Counted from the stretch's first letter, positions 18,305-27,939 are shown. The stretch is 64,000 bases of DNA from an uncultured Candidatus Binatia bacterium (GCA_965215605.1 OZ244070.1:1408001-1472000), one strand, 5' to 3'. The notes: a model not told the origin generated them from the letters alone. A program made the numbers and translations.

Positions 18305-19842
18305 AGATTCCCTCCGCAGACTTCCTTCGTCCCGCCGTGGCAGTGAATCCCGTGCACGCGATATGCCTGTTTGTCCTTCTGCAGATCTATTTCGCCAGCA
18401 ACCTGCTCTCGTTCGGGTTCTGGAAATCGGGCGACGGCGTGTTCGAATACATGCTCGTATTCTACGGAGCATGGCTCGCCGGGCTTGTGCTGCTACTGTC
18501 GTTGTTTCTGGCCAAAGGCCGACGTTTCAACCGATCGTGGCTCCCTCTGGCGGTCCTGGTCGTTCTGAGCATTCCGTTTGCCTGGGACGTCTGGATTCGA
18601 TCCATGGAGATCGATAGCAGCGCGGTGCGGAAGGCACTTCGCGTCTTGCTCTTCGCAGTCATGTACTTGTACTTCCGCATCGGGCTCCGGCGGGTCCGCG
18701 GAACAGCCTGCGCCCTCCTCCTCGTCGGCGTGCTATCGTTCGCGTCGCACGCCGGGCTTTCCCTCCCCACCGGGTCATCCCGTGACTTCGATACGGTCGA
18801 GATGGACAAGAGGCCGAACATCCATGTCATCATGCTGGATTCGTTCACGCACTCGGCCTTCTCACGCGAATACATGGGCGTCGACAATACCGCTGCGGAC
18901 TATCTGGCAACGCTCGGCGACACGATCAACGCGGGCAGCCTGGGATTCGTCGAGAGTGTCCCCACCAGCCGCTCCTGGAGCACGCTGTTCAATCTGGGGC
19001 GGGAGAACCGCGATCGCGGCGTCTTTTCGGGTTCATCGCCGAGCCGCTTGACCGTATTGCTGCGGCGAAACGGTTACAGCATCAGCACCGGGTTTTCCAA
19101 TGAGTTTTTTGGTTGGAGGAAGGGCGACTTTGTCGACCATTACTACAAGGGGAAAGCTCAAGAGTTGAAATACGACCTCGTCTGTGTGTCCCCGTACGGA
19201 AAACTCGGGTTCTGTTCCGAATTCTCGCAATCCGTTTTCTCCGGATTCTACGTCGCGGAATCCGAGGACGAGGACAAGCGCGAGAACAGGACGAAGGAGT
19301 GGCCCGAAACGGTCCTCGATCTGATCGACCGCGCGGAACGGAGCGCAACAAGCCCCCTGTTTTCCGCCTTCTACATTTATTCGCCCATCGGGCACGCTTC
19401 GTGGGATTTCCGCAAGGAAGACAGGGAGATGCTTGCGGCATATACACGACAATTCGTCGAGGGGGTGCGACGCGCACATCAGGTGATTGAAGACATTGAC
19501 CGCTTGAGGAGGCGATATTCCGATTCCATCTTCATCGTTTCCGGAGATCACGGGCCGTTTCAGACCCGGTATACGCGGCGACGTGGGCGGGAAAAAGACC
19601 GCCGGTTTTACGTCCTCGGTCAACACAGCGTGGCGGTGGCGTTGCTGAACGCCTCAAACCTGTGCCCGTGGTCGAGGGACTGGCTGACCCGGCAACGGTA
19701 TCTGACCCCGAGCCGCATGCTCGTCGCATCCCTCGCCTGTGACGGCGACAACAGACGTTTGACCGAGCATTTCACGGACAACGAGGAGTTCATACGGCTC
19801 GGCAACTCGTTCGCCACAAGCGGAGCGAGTTCGCCGGACTAG
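18301..19842 (+). CDS. Membrane-bound sulfatase/alkaline-phosphatase-superfamily transferase
   Basis: About 5 N-terminal TM helices, then RPNIHVIMLDS and IVSGDHG. ATGA overlap with the upstream gene. Confidence 0.75.
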   Translation: MKIPSADFLRPAVAVNPVHAICLFVLLQIYFASNLLSFGFWKSGDGVFEYMLVFYGAWLAGLVLLLSLFLAKGRRFNRSWLPLAVLVVLSIPFAWDVWIRSMEIDSSAVRKALRVLLFAVMYLYFRIGLRRVRGTACALLLVGVLSFASHAGLSLPTGSSRDFDTVEMDKRPNIHVIMLDSFTHSAFSREYMGVDNTAADYLATLGDTINAGSLGFVESVPTSRSWSTLFNLGRENRDRGVFSGSSPSRLTVLLRRNGYSISTGFSNEFFGWRKGDFVDHYYKGKAQELKYDLVCVSPYGKLGFCSEFSQSVFSGFYVAESEDEDKRENRTKEWPETVLDLIDRAERSATSPLFSAFYIYSPIGHASWDFRKEDREMLAAYTRQFVEGVRRAHQVIEDIDRLRRRYSDSIFIVSGDHGPFQTRYTRRRGREKDRRFYVLGQHSVAVALLNASNLCPWSRDWLTRQRYLTPSRMLVASLACDGDNRRLTEHFTDNEEFIRLGNSFATSGASSPD

Positions 19843-20609
19843 CCTTTGCTCCTATTGCGATAGAGCGCGGTGGTGCGCGGGATGCCGAACTGCAGGAGGC
19901 GGAATCCCGCTTCCACGAGGAACTCGTTCACTTCGACGAACGTATGAGCCTCCTGACGGCCACGCTCCGGCCCGCAATCCACGGTGACGAAGTCGACAAA
20001 CGGCAGAAGCCCGGTAGCGCCCTCCAGAATCTCGGGTTCGGCGCCCTCACCTTCCACCTTCAGGACCACCGTGCCCGTGCGGGCCGAGAGGTCGACCGCC
20101 GCGTCGAGACGTACGGCGTCTACGGTTCGGCGTACCACGGTGTCACCCGGGTCGATGACCGAACTGTCGGCGGAGTCGGGCTTCGAAAAGAACTCCAGGG
20201 TGGTGTTCCGGTTCCAAAGCGCCTTCCGGATCGTCTTCGGTTCGCCTTCGTAGGCGTTGAGGTCGACGCAGCGGGCCTCGACGGTTTCCGGCTCGAACGC
20301 CAGGTATTCCACGTTCTTCGATCGAGCCCAGATGCCCAACTCGCCGATATTCGCGCCGCAGTCGATCAAGAGGCTGCCCGCTCCCATCGGCACGTGCTGC
20401 AGGTGGTACGCCTGGACCAGTTGCTCCATCAGGCGGCCGATACCGCGTTTGTATCGAAGATGGCGGCCACGGCGGCAAAAGAAGAGCCGGCCGGTGGCGT
20501 CGGAGGCATGGAGGATCTCGCCCTCGTCGAACGGCGCCAGACGTAGAGGCCGCCCCCTGACGAAATTGCGGGCGTTCACGATCCGGCAGTACAGCGCGAG
20601 TGGAGTCAC
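19839..20609 (-). CDS. FkbM-family methyltransferase
   Basis: IDCGANIG, AFEP, RLD and LKVEGEGAEPEIL. Confidence 0.88.
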   Translation of the reverse strand: MTPLALYCRIVNARNFVRGRPLRLAPFDEGEILHASDATGRLFFCRRGRHLRYKRGIGRLMEQLVQAYHLQHVPMGAGSLLIDCGANIGELGIWARSKNVEYLAFEPETVEARCVDLNAYEGEPKTIRKALWNRNTTLEFFSKPDSADSSVIDPGDTVVRRTVDAVRLDAAVDLSARTGTVVLKVEGEGAEPEILEGATGLLPFVDFVTVDCGPERGRQEAHTFVEVNEFLVEAGFRLLQFGIPRTTALYRNRSKG

Positions 20610-20724
20610 ATCAGGAACTTTCCGTTTCGCCGGGTCTCTCGCCGCAGATGTGTCCGTTTGATCGACCTACCGTCTGGTAGCGAAGAAACGGGCATGGTTG
20701 CCTGTTGTCGCCGCCAGCGTAGTG

Positions 20725-21579
20725 TCACAATGCTGTCAAGCGTGCTCTCGAAGACGCAATCGCTCCGGGCAAGTCCCCTTCTGCCTTTTCCAAACGCCGC
20801 AAGGCTTTGCGGACCGGATCCCTTTCCGGGGCGAGCCTTCGGCGTAGCGATGCCCAACGCTTCTTTGCGTAGACTGCCATCTTGCCGCCGACAGTGAACG
20901 GCGCGACATGGTCGTGCAGATGGCGGCCGTACCCGAGATGGCGGCAGGCCGGGGCCGCGAGAGCTGCGTGGGAAAAACCGAGTTTTTGATAGCAGTTGGA
21001 TACGAGTCGTTCGGTCACTCCAACATTGCGGTAAGGGCCTATGATTCTGTAGTCACGCATTCGTCGCAATCCGGGATTGAATGACAACCCCGCCAAGGGG
21101 CGAAACGAACGATCCATGATGAAAGGATCCAGGGCAAAAAATCGGACCCCCGAAAACGATAGAGGCCCGGGAAGACATCGATTCGAGGCAAAAAATTCTT
21201 CGCGACCGTTGAAGTCCGCCAAGTTCACCATGGAAAAACAGTCGAACTCCTTCAGAATGGTGAACGACTCCTCGACAAATTCGTCCGCAAAAAACTCCCA
21301 GTCATCCTCGCAATGGAAAATCCATTCGGTTTCTATTGCTTGATACAGCCGGTCGATGCTTTTCACCTGCCCCAAAGGCGGATCGTTGATGATGACGTCA
21401 ATCTTTCCGAAATACCCTGTAAACTGTCCGATGACATCGCGTACACGCGGGTCGCCTGAATCCTCGACGACGAGCACTCCCGCAAGCGGCCCGTCCAGTC
21501 GGGGCAGGAGCGTGCGCAACGTCCGTTCCAGAAGATCGAATCGTCCGCAACTCGTCAACGCAACGGTGTAAGGTTCCAT
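20725..21579 (-). CDS. GT2-like glycosyltransferase
   Basis: TSCGRFDLL, VEDS, IFHCEDDWEF, SFNPGLRR and HLG. Start placed at ATG 21579. Confidence 0.8.
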   Translation of the reverse strand: MEPYTVALTSCGRFDLLERTLRTLLPRLDGPLAGVLVVEDSGDPRVRDVIGQFTGYFGKIDVIINDPPLGQVKSIDRLYQAIETEWIFHCEDDWEFFADEFVEESFTILKEFDCFSMVNLADFNGREEFFASNRCLPGPLSFSGVRFFALDPFIMDRSFRPLAGLSFNPGLRRMRDYRIIGPYRNVGVTERLVSNCYQKLGFSHAALAAPACRHLGYGRHLHDHVAPFTVGGKMAVYAKKRWASLRRRLAPERDPVRKALRRLEKAEGDLPGAIASSRARLTAL

Positions 21580-21826
21580 TCCAGGCATTCCTAGCCACAA
21601 AGACCGAATCCCTGCCTCCAGATTCCGTCTGAGTCAAGCGAGGCGATGTGTATCGAACTCGGCAAAGACCATCGGTCCCCATGGGACTCGGCCTCCGCCG
21701 GGAAAGATGCCTTTATAGCGGCATGCCCCTGGCTTTGCCAGCAGCGGCAGTGGAGGGAGCCGACCCGAGGAAATCGCGGATCTCCGGATCATCACCCCCA
21801 TCGCCGACCAGCAACCCCGATAGTCC

Positions 21827-21855
21827 TTGTCGCGTGTCAATGCCGTTGCTATGAT
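21827..21855 (+). promoter_or_regulatory. Putative sigma70 promoter, probably leaderless transcript
   Basis: TTGTCG-17 bp-TATGAT with an extended TG, 6 nt before ATG 21862. No Shine-Dalgarno sequence. Confidence 0.6.
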
Positions 21856-21861
21856 TGGATC

Positions 21862-22320
21862 ATGACGGAAGCAATCGCCTTCGACACTCATCGCTTCGTC
21901 AAGCACCTGACCGAGAGCGGCTTCACCGAGAGACAGGCCGAAACTCTCGCCGAAGAGCACGTCGCCCTCCTCAATGCCAATCTCGCCACCAAGGCCGATG
22001 TCGCCAGGGTTGAGGCCGGTATCGAAGCGCTGCGGCAGGAAACCAAGGCTGGTATCGATGCCCTGCGGCAGGAAACCAAGGCCGACATCGCCAGGGTTGA
22101 GGCCGGTATCGAAGCGCTGCGGCAGGAAACCAAGGCTGGTATCGATGCCCTGCGGCAGGAAACCAAGGCCGACATCGCCAGGGTTGAGGCCGGTATCGAT
22201 GCGCTACGGCAGGAAACCAAGGCTGCCATTGAAGCGGTGAAGGCTGACCTTGTTAAATGGCTGTTCGGCGGGATGATCGCGCAGGGTGGTCTGATCGTCG
22301 CACTCGTCAAACTTCTTTAG
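21862..22320 (+). CDS. DUF1640/CCDC90-like membrane-anchored coiled-coil protein, copy 2
   Basis: Near-identical head and TM to copy 1. The stalk is built from 87-bp (29-aa) tandem repeats. Confidence 0.85.
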   Translation: MTEAIAFDTHRFVKHLTESGFTERQAETLAEEHVALLNANLATKADVARVEAGIEALRQETKAGIDALRQETKADIARVEAGIEALRQETKAGIDALRQETKADIARVEAGIDALRQETKAAIEAVKADLVKWLFGGMIAQGGLIVALVKLL

Positions 22321-22645
22321 CCGCGCGCTTCTCCCAAAGGCATCGAGATTCGCGATTCCGAGCCATTGAGGGACACGGTTGCGCCGGGTTATGAGTCCCG
22401 GCATGGTGTTGCAACAGTGTTGAACCGACGAGTTGACGCTGAGTCTTCAGCCTGTCACCTGCTCGTTTGCGATCACGATTTTCTGTGCTGAGTCAGTGGG
22501 TTAAAGACTTCCAACTGGCCCGTTCGCCGCGCCGGGCCGCCGCCAATCGAGGAAATCGACGCCAGTTGATGGATAACCGCCATGGACTGTTGCGGAGCCT
22601 TGGACAGCCTATGGAGACGATTCCGAACCGCTTCGTCGTGCGTCC

Positions 22646-23482
22646 TTGGACCGCAAACTCGCCGAACTGCGCGTGGACGGTCCGGCACCGGAGTGGTATC
22701 GCCGGTCATGCGACATCCTGAGGGGCGGCGACGGCGGCGAACATGGACTGCTTCTCTACAAGCTGGTCCGTCAGCACCAAGTCGAAAATCGGCCTCTTGT
22801 GGTTCTGGATGTGGGCACCGCCAGAGGGTTCTCGGCCGTAACCATGGCCCGCGCCCTGTGCGAAACGGTCTCGGGTTGTATCTACACCATAGACGTCGTC
22901 GACCACCATCAAGCGCGCAACTGGCACGTCGAGAAGCAACCGCCGGGGGATCCGTTGGCCGGAATGACGCTCAGCCGGGCCGAGATCTGGCATCGATGGT
23001 ATTCGCATGAAGCGGACTTGGTCTCGCCGCTCAAGGGCCGCTCCTGGGATCTCCTGGCCGTTTGGACCCACGGACCCATCGATGTCGCCTTCCTCGACGG
23101 TGACCACAATCATGCGGCGGTCAGCAAGGAGCTTGCGCTGCTGAGCCCCTTGATGGCCCCCGACGGAGTGATCGTGCTGGATGACTATCACTTGGTGGCC
23201 AATGTGTTCCGGCTCCGGTCACGGCTCGTCAACCGGCTTGTCGCCGAGATCGGCAAGGGCTTGAGGGGTCCATGGCCGGCAGCCGCGCAGCGCTTGCGTC
23301 TCGGTACGGACAACGAGTTCGTCGTGGTGAAGCAGAAATTCTCCGGCATCACGGCCGCGGTTCACGAGTTCCTCGTCGGTCAACAGGATCGGTGGGCGCT
23401 CGAGGTCGTACGGATGCCGGCGCAAGGCGAACAGGAAGACGAAGACTATGGCTTGACCGTCCTTACAAGAGCAATGGACTGA
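22646..23482 (+). CDS. Class I SAM methyltransferase (Methyltransf_24-like)
   Basis: VLDVGTARGFS, DVAFLDGDH and GVIVLDDY. Start codon uncertain. Confidence 0.8.
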   Translation: MDRKLAELRVDGPAPEWYRRSCDILRGGDGGEHGLLLYKLVRQHQVENRPLVVLDVGTARGFSAVTMARALCETVSGCIYTIDVVDHHQARNWHVEKQPPGDPLAGMTLSRAEIWHRWYSHEADLVSPLKGRSWDLLAVWTHGPIDVAFLDGDHNHAAVSKELALLSPLMAPDGVIVLDDYHLVANVFRLRSRLVNRLVAEIGKGLRGPWPAAAQRLRLGTDNEFVVVKQKFSGITAAVHEFLVGQQDRWALEVVRMPAQGEQEDEDYGLTVLTRAMD

Positions 23483-23492
23483 CTGGAACCCT

Positions 23493-24218
23493 GTGCGCTG
23501 CTTCCGTAACAACAGGCAACCGAAGCGGTTGGAACGCCAGTTACAGAACTTCGACGACAAGGCGCAAGGCACCATTTCGCAGGTTCAACCCTTCACCATG
23601 CTGTCGATGGACCGCGTGTTCACCCTGATAGAAGCTGCGCGGTATGTCGCCCGGTATTCCATACCGGGCGCCGTCGTGGAATGCGGCGTCTGGCGCGGCG
23701 GAGGCGTCATGGCGATGGCGAGGACCCTTCGCCAGCTCGGCGTGACGGACCGGCCCTTCTATCTGTACGACACCTTCGCCGGAATGACGGAACCGACTGA
23801 AAAGGACAAGAAAATCGACGGGACGGCGGACGCGCGGGAGCACTACCGCCAGGTCCGGACGGGACCGGATTCTTCTGATTGGTGCCGCGCCGGCCTCGAG
23901 GAAGTCATGGGCAATTTGGACACTACCGGCTATGATCCGAAACGCATCGTGACCGTGGAAGGACGAGTCGAGGATACGATACCCGCCACCGTGCCCGAGG
24001 AAATCGCGATCCTGCACCTGGACACCGACTGGTACGAATCGACACGGCACGAAATGGAGCACCTGTTCCCGAGGCTCGTGTCCGGGGGCGTCCTGATCGT
24101 CGACGACTACCATCACTGGGCCGGCAATCGAGAGGCCGTCGACGAGTACCTGGCAACGGCGGATGTCCCCGTCCTGCTGACCAAGGTGGATTCCAGCGTG
24201 GTGGGTGTGCGGCCGTGA
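23493..24218 (+). CDS. TylF/MycF/NovP-family O-methyltransferase
   Basis: PGAVVECGVWRGG, YDTFAGM, LHLDTDWYEST and GGVLIVDDY. Confidence 0.92.
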   Translation: MRCFRNNRQPKRLERQLQNFDDKAQGTISQVQPFTMLSMDRVFTLIEAARYVARYSIPGAVVECGVWRGGGVMAMARTLRQLGVTDRPFYLYDTFAGMTEPTEKDKKIDGTADAREHYRQVRTGPDSSDWCRAGLEEVMGNLDTTGYDPKRIVTVEGRVEDTIPATVPEEIAILHLDTDWYESTRHEMEHLFPRLVSGGVLIVDDYHHWAGNREAVDEYLATADVPVLLTKVDSSVVGVRP

Positions 24219-24224
24219 CGTGAT

Positions 24225-25673
24225 TTAATGGCCTGCCGGAATGTCCCTGACCGTCTCGGTCGTGTCTTGGAGAGTAACCCCAAGCCGGTAAGCCAACACC
24301 ATTATCAACCAAGTGGGGTTCGTGATCCCGTTGGAAGGGAACACGTTCGATCCCACGCAGTAGAGATTTTCGAAACCTCTCACTCTTAGGTCGGTATCCA
24401 AGGTCCCGTACGTCTCCCCATCCACAATCGGCGTGGTACAGCTTGGATGCAACCCGGTGTAGACGTTCTTCTCGCCGAGTTGCCCAAGGCTCATATTCCT
24501 GACGTTCGCGCCAAACAATTCTTGCAGTTGCGACTGATGCCCAAGAATCGTGCCCGCATCCAGCCGATGGCTGATGTCTATCTTCTTCAAACCGAATTCG
24601 TCCTCATTCGATGAAAGGGATACCTGATTGCAGTCATCCGGCGGCTGCGAGAAGAACAACTCCAGGGACCGAAGGCCGCGGGCGGTCCCCCTGACCGCGA
24701 GTCGTGCGAAGCGGCGAGCCCAACGGTTGACGTGCCGGTCCATGAACGCCATAGCGACTTTCATCACGATGTGCCGCGTCCGGTACATCGTGCGCCGAAA
24801 GACCTTGATCGCCGGCGCCGGTGCGTCGATCTGAACGCCCACCATCCCCTCGTCGCTCTCCAGAACCAGACAGTCTTCCAGGTTGCCGTTTTCATTGCTT
24901 GTGGTCTGCAAGTACCCCTTCAGTATGTTGGCGAAGGGGTCGACCGACTCCATGCGCCCCACGTTGAAATGGAGGTGGTCGCAGAGTTGACCGTAAGCGG
25001 TACGGCCATTGCTGGATTCGAGACCGGGAGCGAGCAGGTTCAACAACAGATGGGTGTTGCCCAACCCGCCCGCGGCCAGGATGACACCGTGGCGTACGGA
25101 TACCGTCTTTCGGCACCCGGCTCTCGAACCCAGTTCGATGGACGTCACCCGCCCACGTGAGCTTGTCAGGCCGACGAGGCTGTGTTCCTCCAGGACATCT
25201 ACGTTCGGCGCATGTTCCAGGTTCAAATACTCGTAAAGATTTCCCCAGTTGGATCGGTACGACCTGTGAAACACCGCACCACTCGCATGCTGACGTATGT
25301 CGTGCAGCCAGGAATGCGGCACTCCAAATCTCTCAGCCAACCCCGCCGAGAACCGTCGCAACTCTTCAAAACCTACCGGCCAGTCCTTCAGCTCTTGCGG
25401 CGTGGGTAGATATACCTTGCCGGACCACAACGCGGTGTTGCCTCCGAGGGCGCCGCTGAACGCGGGCGTGTAGTGGGTGGGGCATTGGCTCACAAACGGG
25501 AGCGGTTGTCTCACGGCCGGGGACGCCGCGTGGTGCGTAGCGATATCCGCCAACAGGATCGACGACGTGGCGGGTAGTGAATGCGCCAGGACGCTGCCCG
25601 CCGCACCCGTTCCGACGATCACGTAGTCGTAGGTGTCGCGCATGGTTCTGTCGGCCGGGTCCCCGACGGTCAT
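24225..25673 (-). CDS. GMC-family FAD oxidoreductase
   Basis: YDYVIVGTGAAG, LGGNTALW, LAAGGLGN, LCDH, HPSCT and NPTW. TGATG coupling to the upstream gene. Confidence 0.85.
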   Translation of the reverse strand: MTVGDPADRTMRDTYDYVIVGTGAAGSVLAHSLPATSSILLADIATHHAASPAVRQPLPFVSQCPTHYTPAFSGALGGNTALWSGKVYLPTPQELKDWPVGFEELRRFSAGLAERFGVPHSWLHDIRQHASGAVFHRSYRSNWGNLYEYLNLEHAPNVDVLEEHSLVGLTSSRGRVTSIELGSRAGCRKTVSVRHGVILAAGGLGNTHLLLNLLAPGLESSNGRTAYGQLCDHLHFNVGRMESVDPFANILKGYLQTTSNENGNLEDCLVLESDEGMVGVQIDAPAPAIKVFRRTMYRTRHIVMKVAMAFMDRHVNRWARRFARLAVRGTARGLRSLELFFSQPPDDCNQVSLSSNEDEFGLKKIDISHRLDAGTILGHQSQLQELFGANVRNMSLGQLGEKNVYTGLHPSCTTPIVDGETYGTLDTDLRVRGFENLYCVGSNVFPSNGITNPTWLIMVLAYRLGVTLQDTTETVRDIPAGH

Positions 25674-26746
25674 CAATTGACGCCTTTCAAGAGTTTCCTC
25701 TTGATGCGGCCAAGACCGAGAGCCTTGAACCCGCAGTGCTGCAAGACACGTGTGGCGATGCGGCGATCTCCAGTCCCAATGCCCGCCCTCAGCAGCGATA
25801 CAAGGCCGTGCCGTGGCATGTACGAAAGATTCGGCGGTTGAGCGAAACCGAACCTCCGGCGGCCGAGGTTCGCCCACGCTTTCGAATAGGCGTCCAGGGA
25901 ACTCCAGAGCGCGTCGTCGCGCGGCATGTTCACGACTTCGACGAGCTTGTCGAGCTGCCAACCTTTGGAGAGGGACATCACCAGCAGGTCCGCCTTCGGA
26001 TGATGCAGGGCATAGAACAGTCGCGCGGCGTCTTCGGTGATGTCGAGCTCGTCGAGCAGGCCGGTCAAATTGTCCCGCTGGGCCCGAAAGGTCTCCGCCG
26101 GTTTGGTGTACCTTGACGGAGGACAGTACCAATCGCCGAATCGTTGAATTCCGTCACCAAAGGCCCGCAGAAAGATCATCTTCTCACCGTCGACACGCCG
26201 GGCAAGGAAATCCTCGGTGAACTCCCGTTCGACCAGGGAGCAATGAACAGCCCAAGAGACATCTTCGCGGCCGGCCAGCGGCTCGAAACTGTTGCAGTCG
26301 TGGTACAGAGGGGAGAAATAGAAACGCGAAATCCCGTACTTGCGCTTCATTCGGTCCAGGAAGGCAAAGAAATCGGCGGTATGATGGTTTTGCAGCATGC
26401 GCAGCGGTCGCAGGTCTCCGGCTATCTGCACTTCGAAAAACGGTACGTCGGGAAACAACCGTCTGGTCAGCCGGATCTGCAGTTCCGGCATCGCCGCCTC
26501 GGAGAAATCCACTTTCGCAATGGTGCGGCCTCGCGCGTGTTCAGGAATGTGAAACCGTTTCAAGTATTCGAACGAACGGCCATAGGTGGGCGAAACATGC
26601 AGGTGGGCATGGTGTTCCAGAGCACGAAGGATCGTTTCGCACATCCGGACCTTGTAATCCTTTGGCAAGGGTCTACCCAACCTGCCAGTGCCGACGGCGA
26701 GGCTACGGAGGTCCATCGTGCTTGAAGTGAGCGTGTCAAAGGTCAT
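25673..26746 (-). CDS. Divergent aldo/keto reductase-like protein
   Basis: LAVGTGRLG, HVSPTYG (D replaced by H), IAKV and SLVERE resemble AKR motifs. Confidence 0.55.
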   Translation of the reverse strand: MTFDTLTSSTMDLRSLAVGTGRLGRPLPKDYKVRMCETILRALEHHAHLHVSPTYGRSFEYLKRFHIPEHARGRTIAKVDFSEAAMPELQIRLTRRLFPDVPFFEVQIAGDLRPLRMLQNHHTADFFAFLDRMKRKYGISRFYFSPLYHDCNSFEPLAGREDVSWAVHCSLVEREFTEDFLARRVDGEKMIFLRAFGDGIQRFGDWYCPPSRYTKPAETFRAQRDNLTGLLDELDITEDAARLFYALHHPKADLLVMSLSKGWQLDKLVEVVNMPRDDALWSSLDAYSKAWANLGRRRFGFAQPPNLSYMPRHGLVSLLRAGIGTGDRRIATRVLQHCGFKALGLGRIKRKLLKGVN

Positions 26747-26946
26747 TGGAACTCGCTTTCCGGCGCAAATAGCTCAAATTGACGGAGTTTGCCATACCTC
26801 CCCCCTTGGCGGCGACGGCGTCGAGGTTCCGGAAGGGTTGCGGCTATCGTTTACTTGGGGGATAATCCCCGAGTACGAACATGGGACAATTCCTTGGGCG
26901 CCGGCATGAGGCCGGCGCGTGGACGGCTATAGCAAAGGAGGATGGT

Positions 26947-27939
26947 ATGAAGTCTCGAATAGTGGGCGTTCTGGCGGGCGCGTTTCTGGTGCTGGCCCTA
27001 GGTGCGGCGGCGCAGGCGAAGTGCGGCAAGGTGTCGATCTCCGAGATGAACTGGGACTCGGCGGCGGTGGCGGCGCACGTGGAGGCCATCATCCTGGCGA
27101 AGGGATACGGGTGTCAGGTGGAGTTGGTGCCCGGCGACACGGTGCCGACCGTGACGTCCATGACCGAGAAGGGTGAGCCCGACATCGCCCCGGAGATCTG
27201 GATCAATTCCGTCAAGGAAGTCGTGAACAAGGCGGAGAAGGAAGGACGGCTGAAAAAGGCCGGAGAGATCCTGAGCGACGGCGGCGAGGAAGGCTGGTGG
27301 GTGCCCGAGTACGTGGTCAAGGCAAACCCGGAGCTCACCACGCTGCAGGCTGTCATGAAGCGCCCCGACCTGTTCGCGGACAAGGAAGAGCCCGGCAAGG
27401 GCCGCTTCTACGGCTGTCCCTCGGGATGGGCCTGCCAGATCATCAACGCCAACCTGTTCAAGGCCTACGAGCTCGACAAGGCCAAGTTCACGCTGTTCGA
27501 TCCGGGGTCCGGCGCCGGGCTGGCGGGAGCCATCGCCAAGGCCTACGAGCGCAAGGAGCCCATCTTCACCTACTACTGGGCGCCCACGTCGGTGCTGGGC
27601 AAATACCCCATGGTGAAGCTCGGCGGCATGAAGCACGACCCCGCGACGTACAAGTGCATCACCGACAAGGACTGCGCCGACCCGAAGCCTAACATGTACC
27701 CGAAATCCGCGGTGCTGACCTACGTGGTAGGCAAGTTCGCGGAGAGGGAGCCGGATGCGTTCAAGTTCGTGTCGAGCGTGTCGTGGCCCAACTCGGTGGT
27801 GAACAAGCTGCTGGCGTGGAAGGCCGACAAGAAGGCCGACGCGAAAGAGACCGCGGACCATTTCATAAAGACCGGCGGCGACGTGTGGACGAAATGGGTA
27901 TCGGCGGACGTGGCGGCCAAGGTGAAGGCCGGCATGTAG
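26947..27939 (+). CDS. Glycine betaine/proline ABC transporter substrate-binding protein (ProX/OpuAC-like)
   Basis: Signal peptide, EMNWDSA, PEIW, GCPSGWAC and YYWAPT. Confidence 0.9.
   Translation: MKSRIVGVLAGAFLVLALGAAAQAKCGKVSISEMNWDSAAVAAHVEAIILAKGYGCQVELVPGDTVPTVTSMTEKGEPDIAPEIWINSVKEVVNKAEKEGRLKKAGEILSDGGEEGWWVPEYVVKANPELTTLQAVMKRPDLFADKEEPGKGRFYGCPSGWACQIINANLFKAYELDKAKFTLFDPGSGAGLAGAIAKAYERKEPIFTYYWAPTSVLGKYPMVKLGGMKHDPATYKCITDKDCADPKPNMYPKSAVLTYVVGKFAEREPDAFKFVSSVSWPNSVVNKLLAWKADKKADAKETADHFIKTGGDVWTKWVSADVAAKVKAGM

Noticed and set aside
23470-23495. Possible frameshift splitting a fused double methyltransferase (atggactgactggaac)
   Set aside because: Both ORFs look complete as separate proteins, and the idea cannot be supported without reads or homologues.
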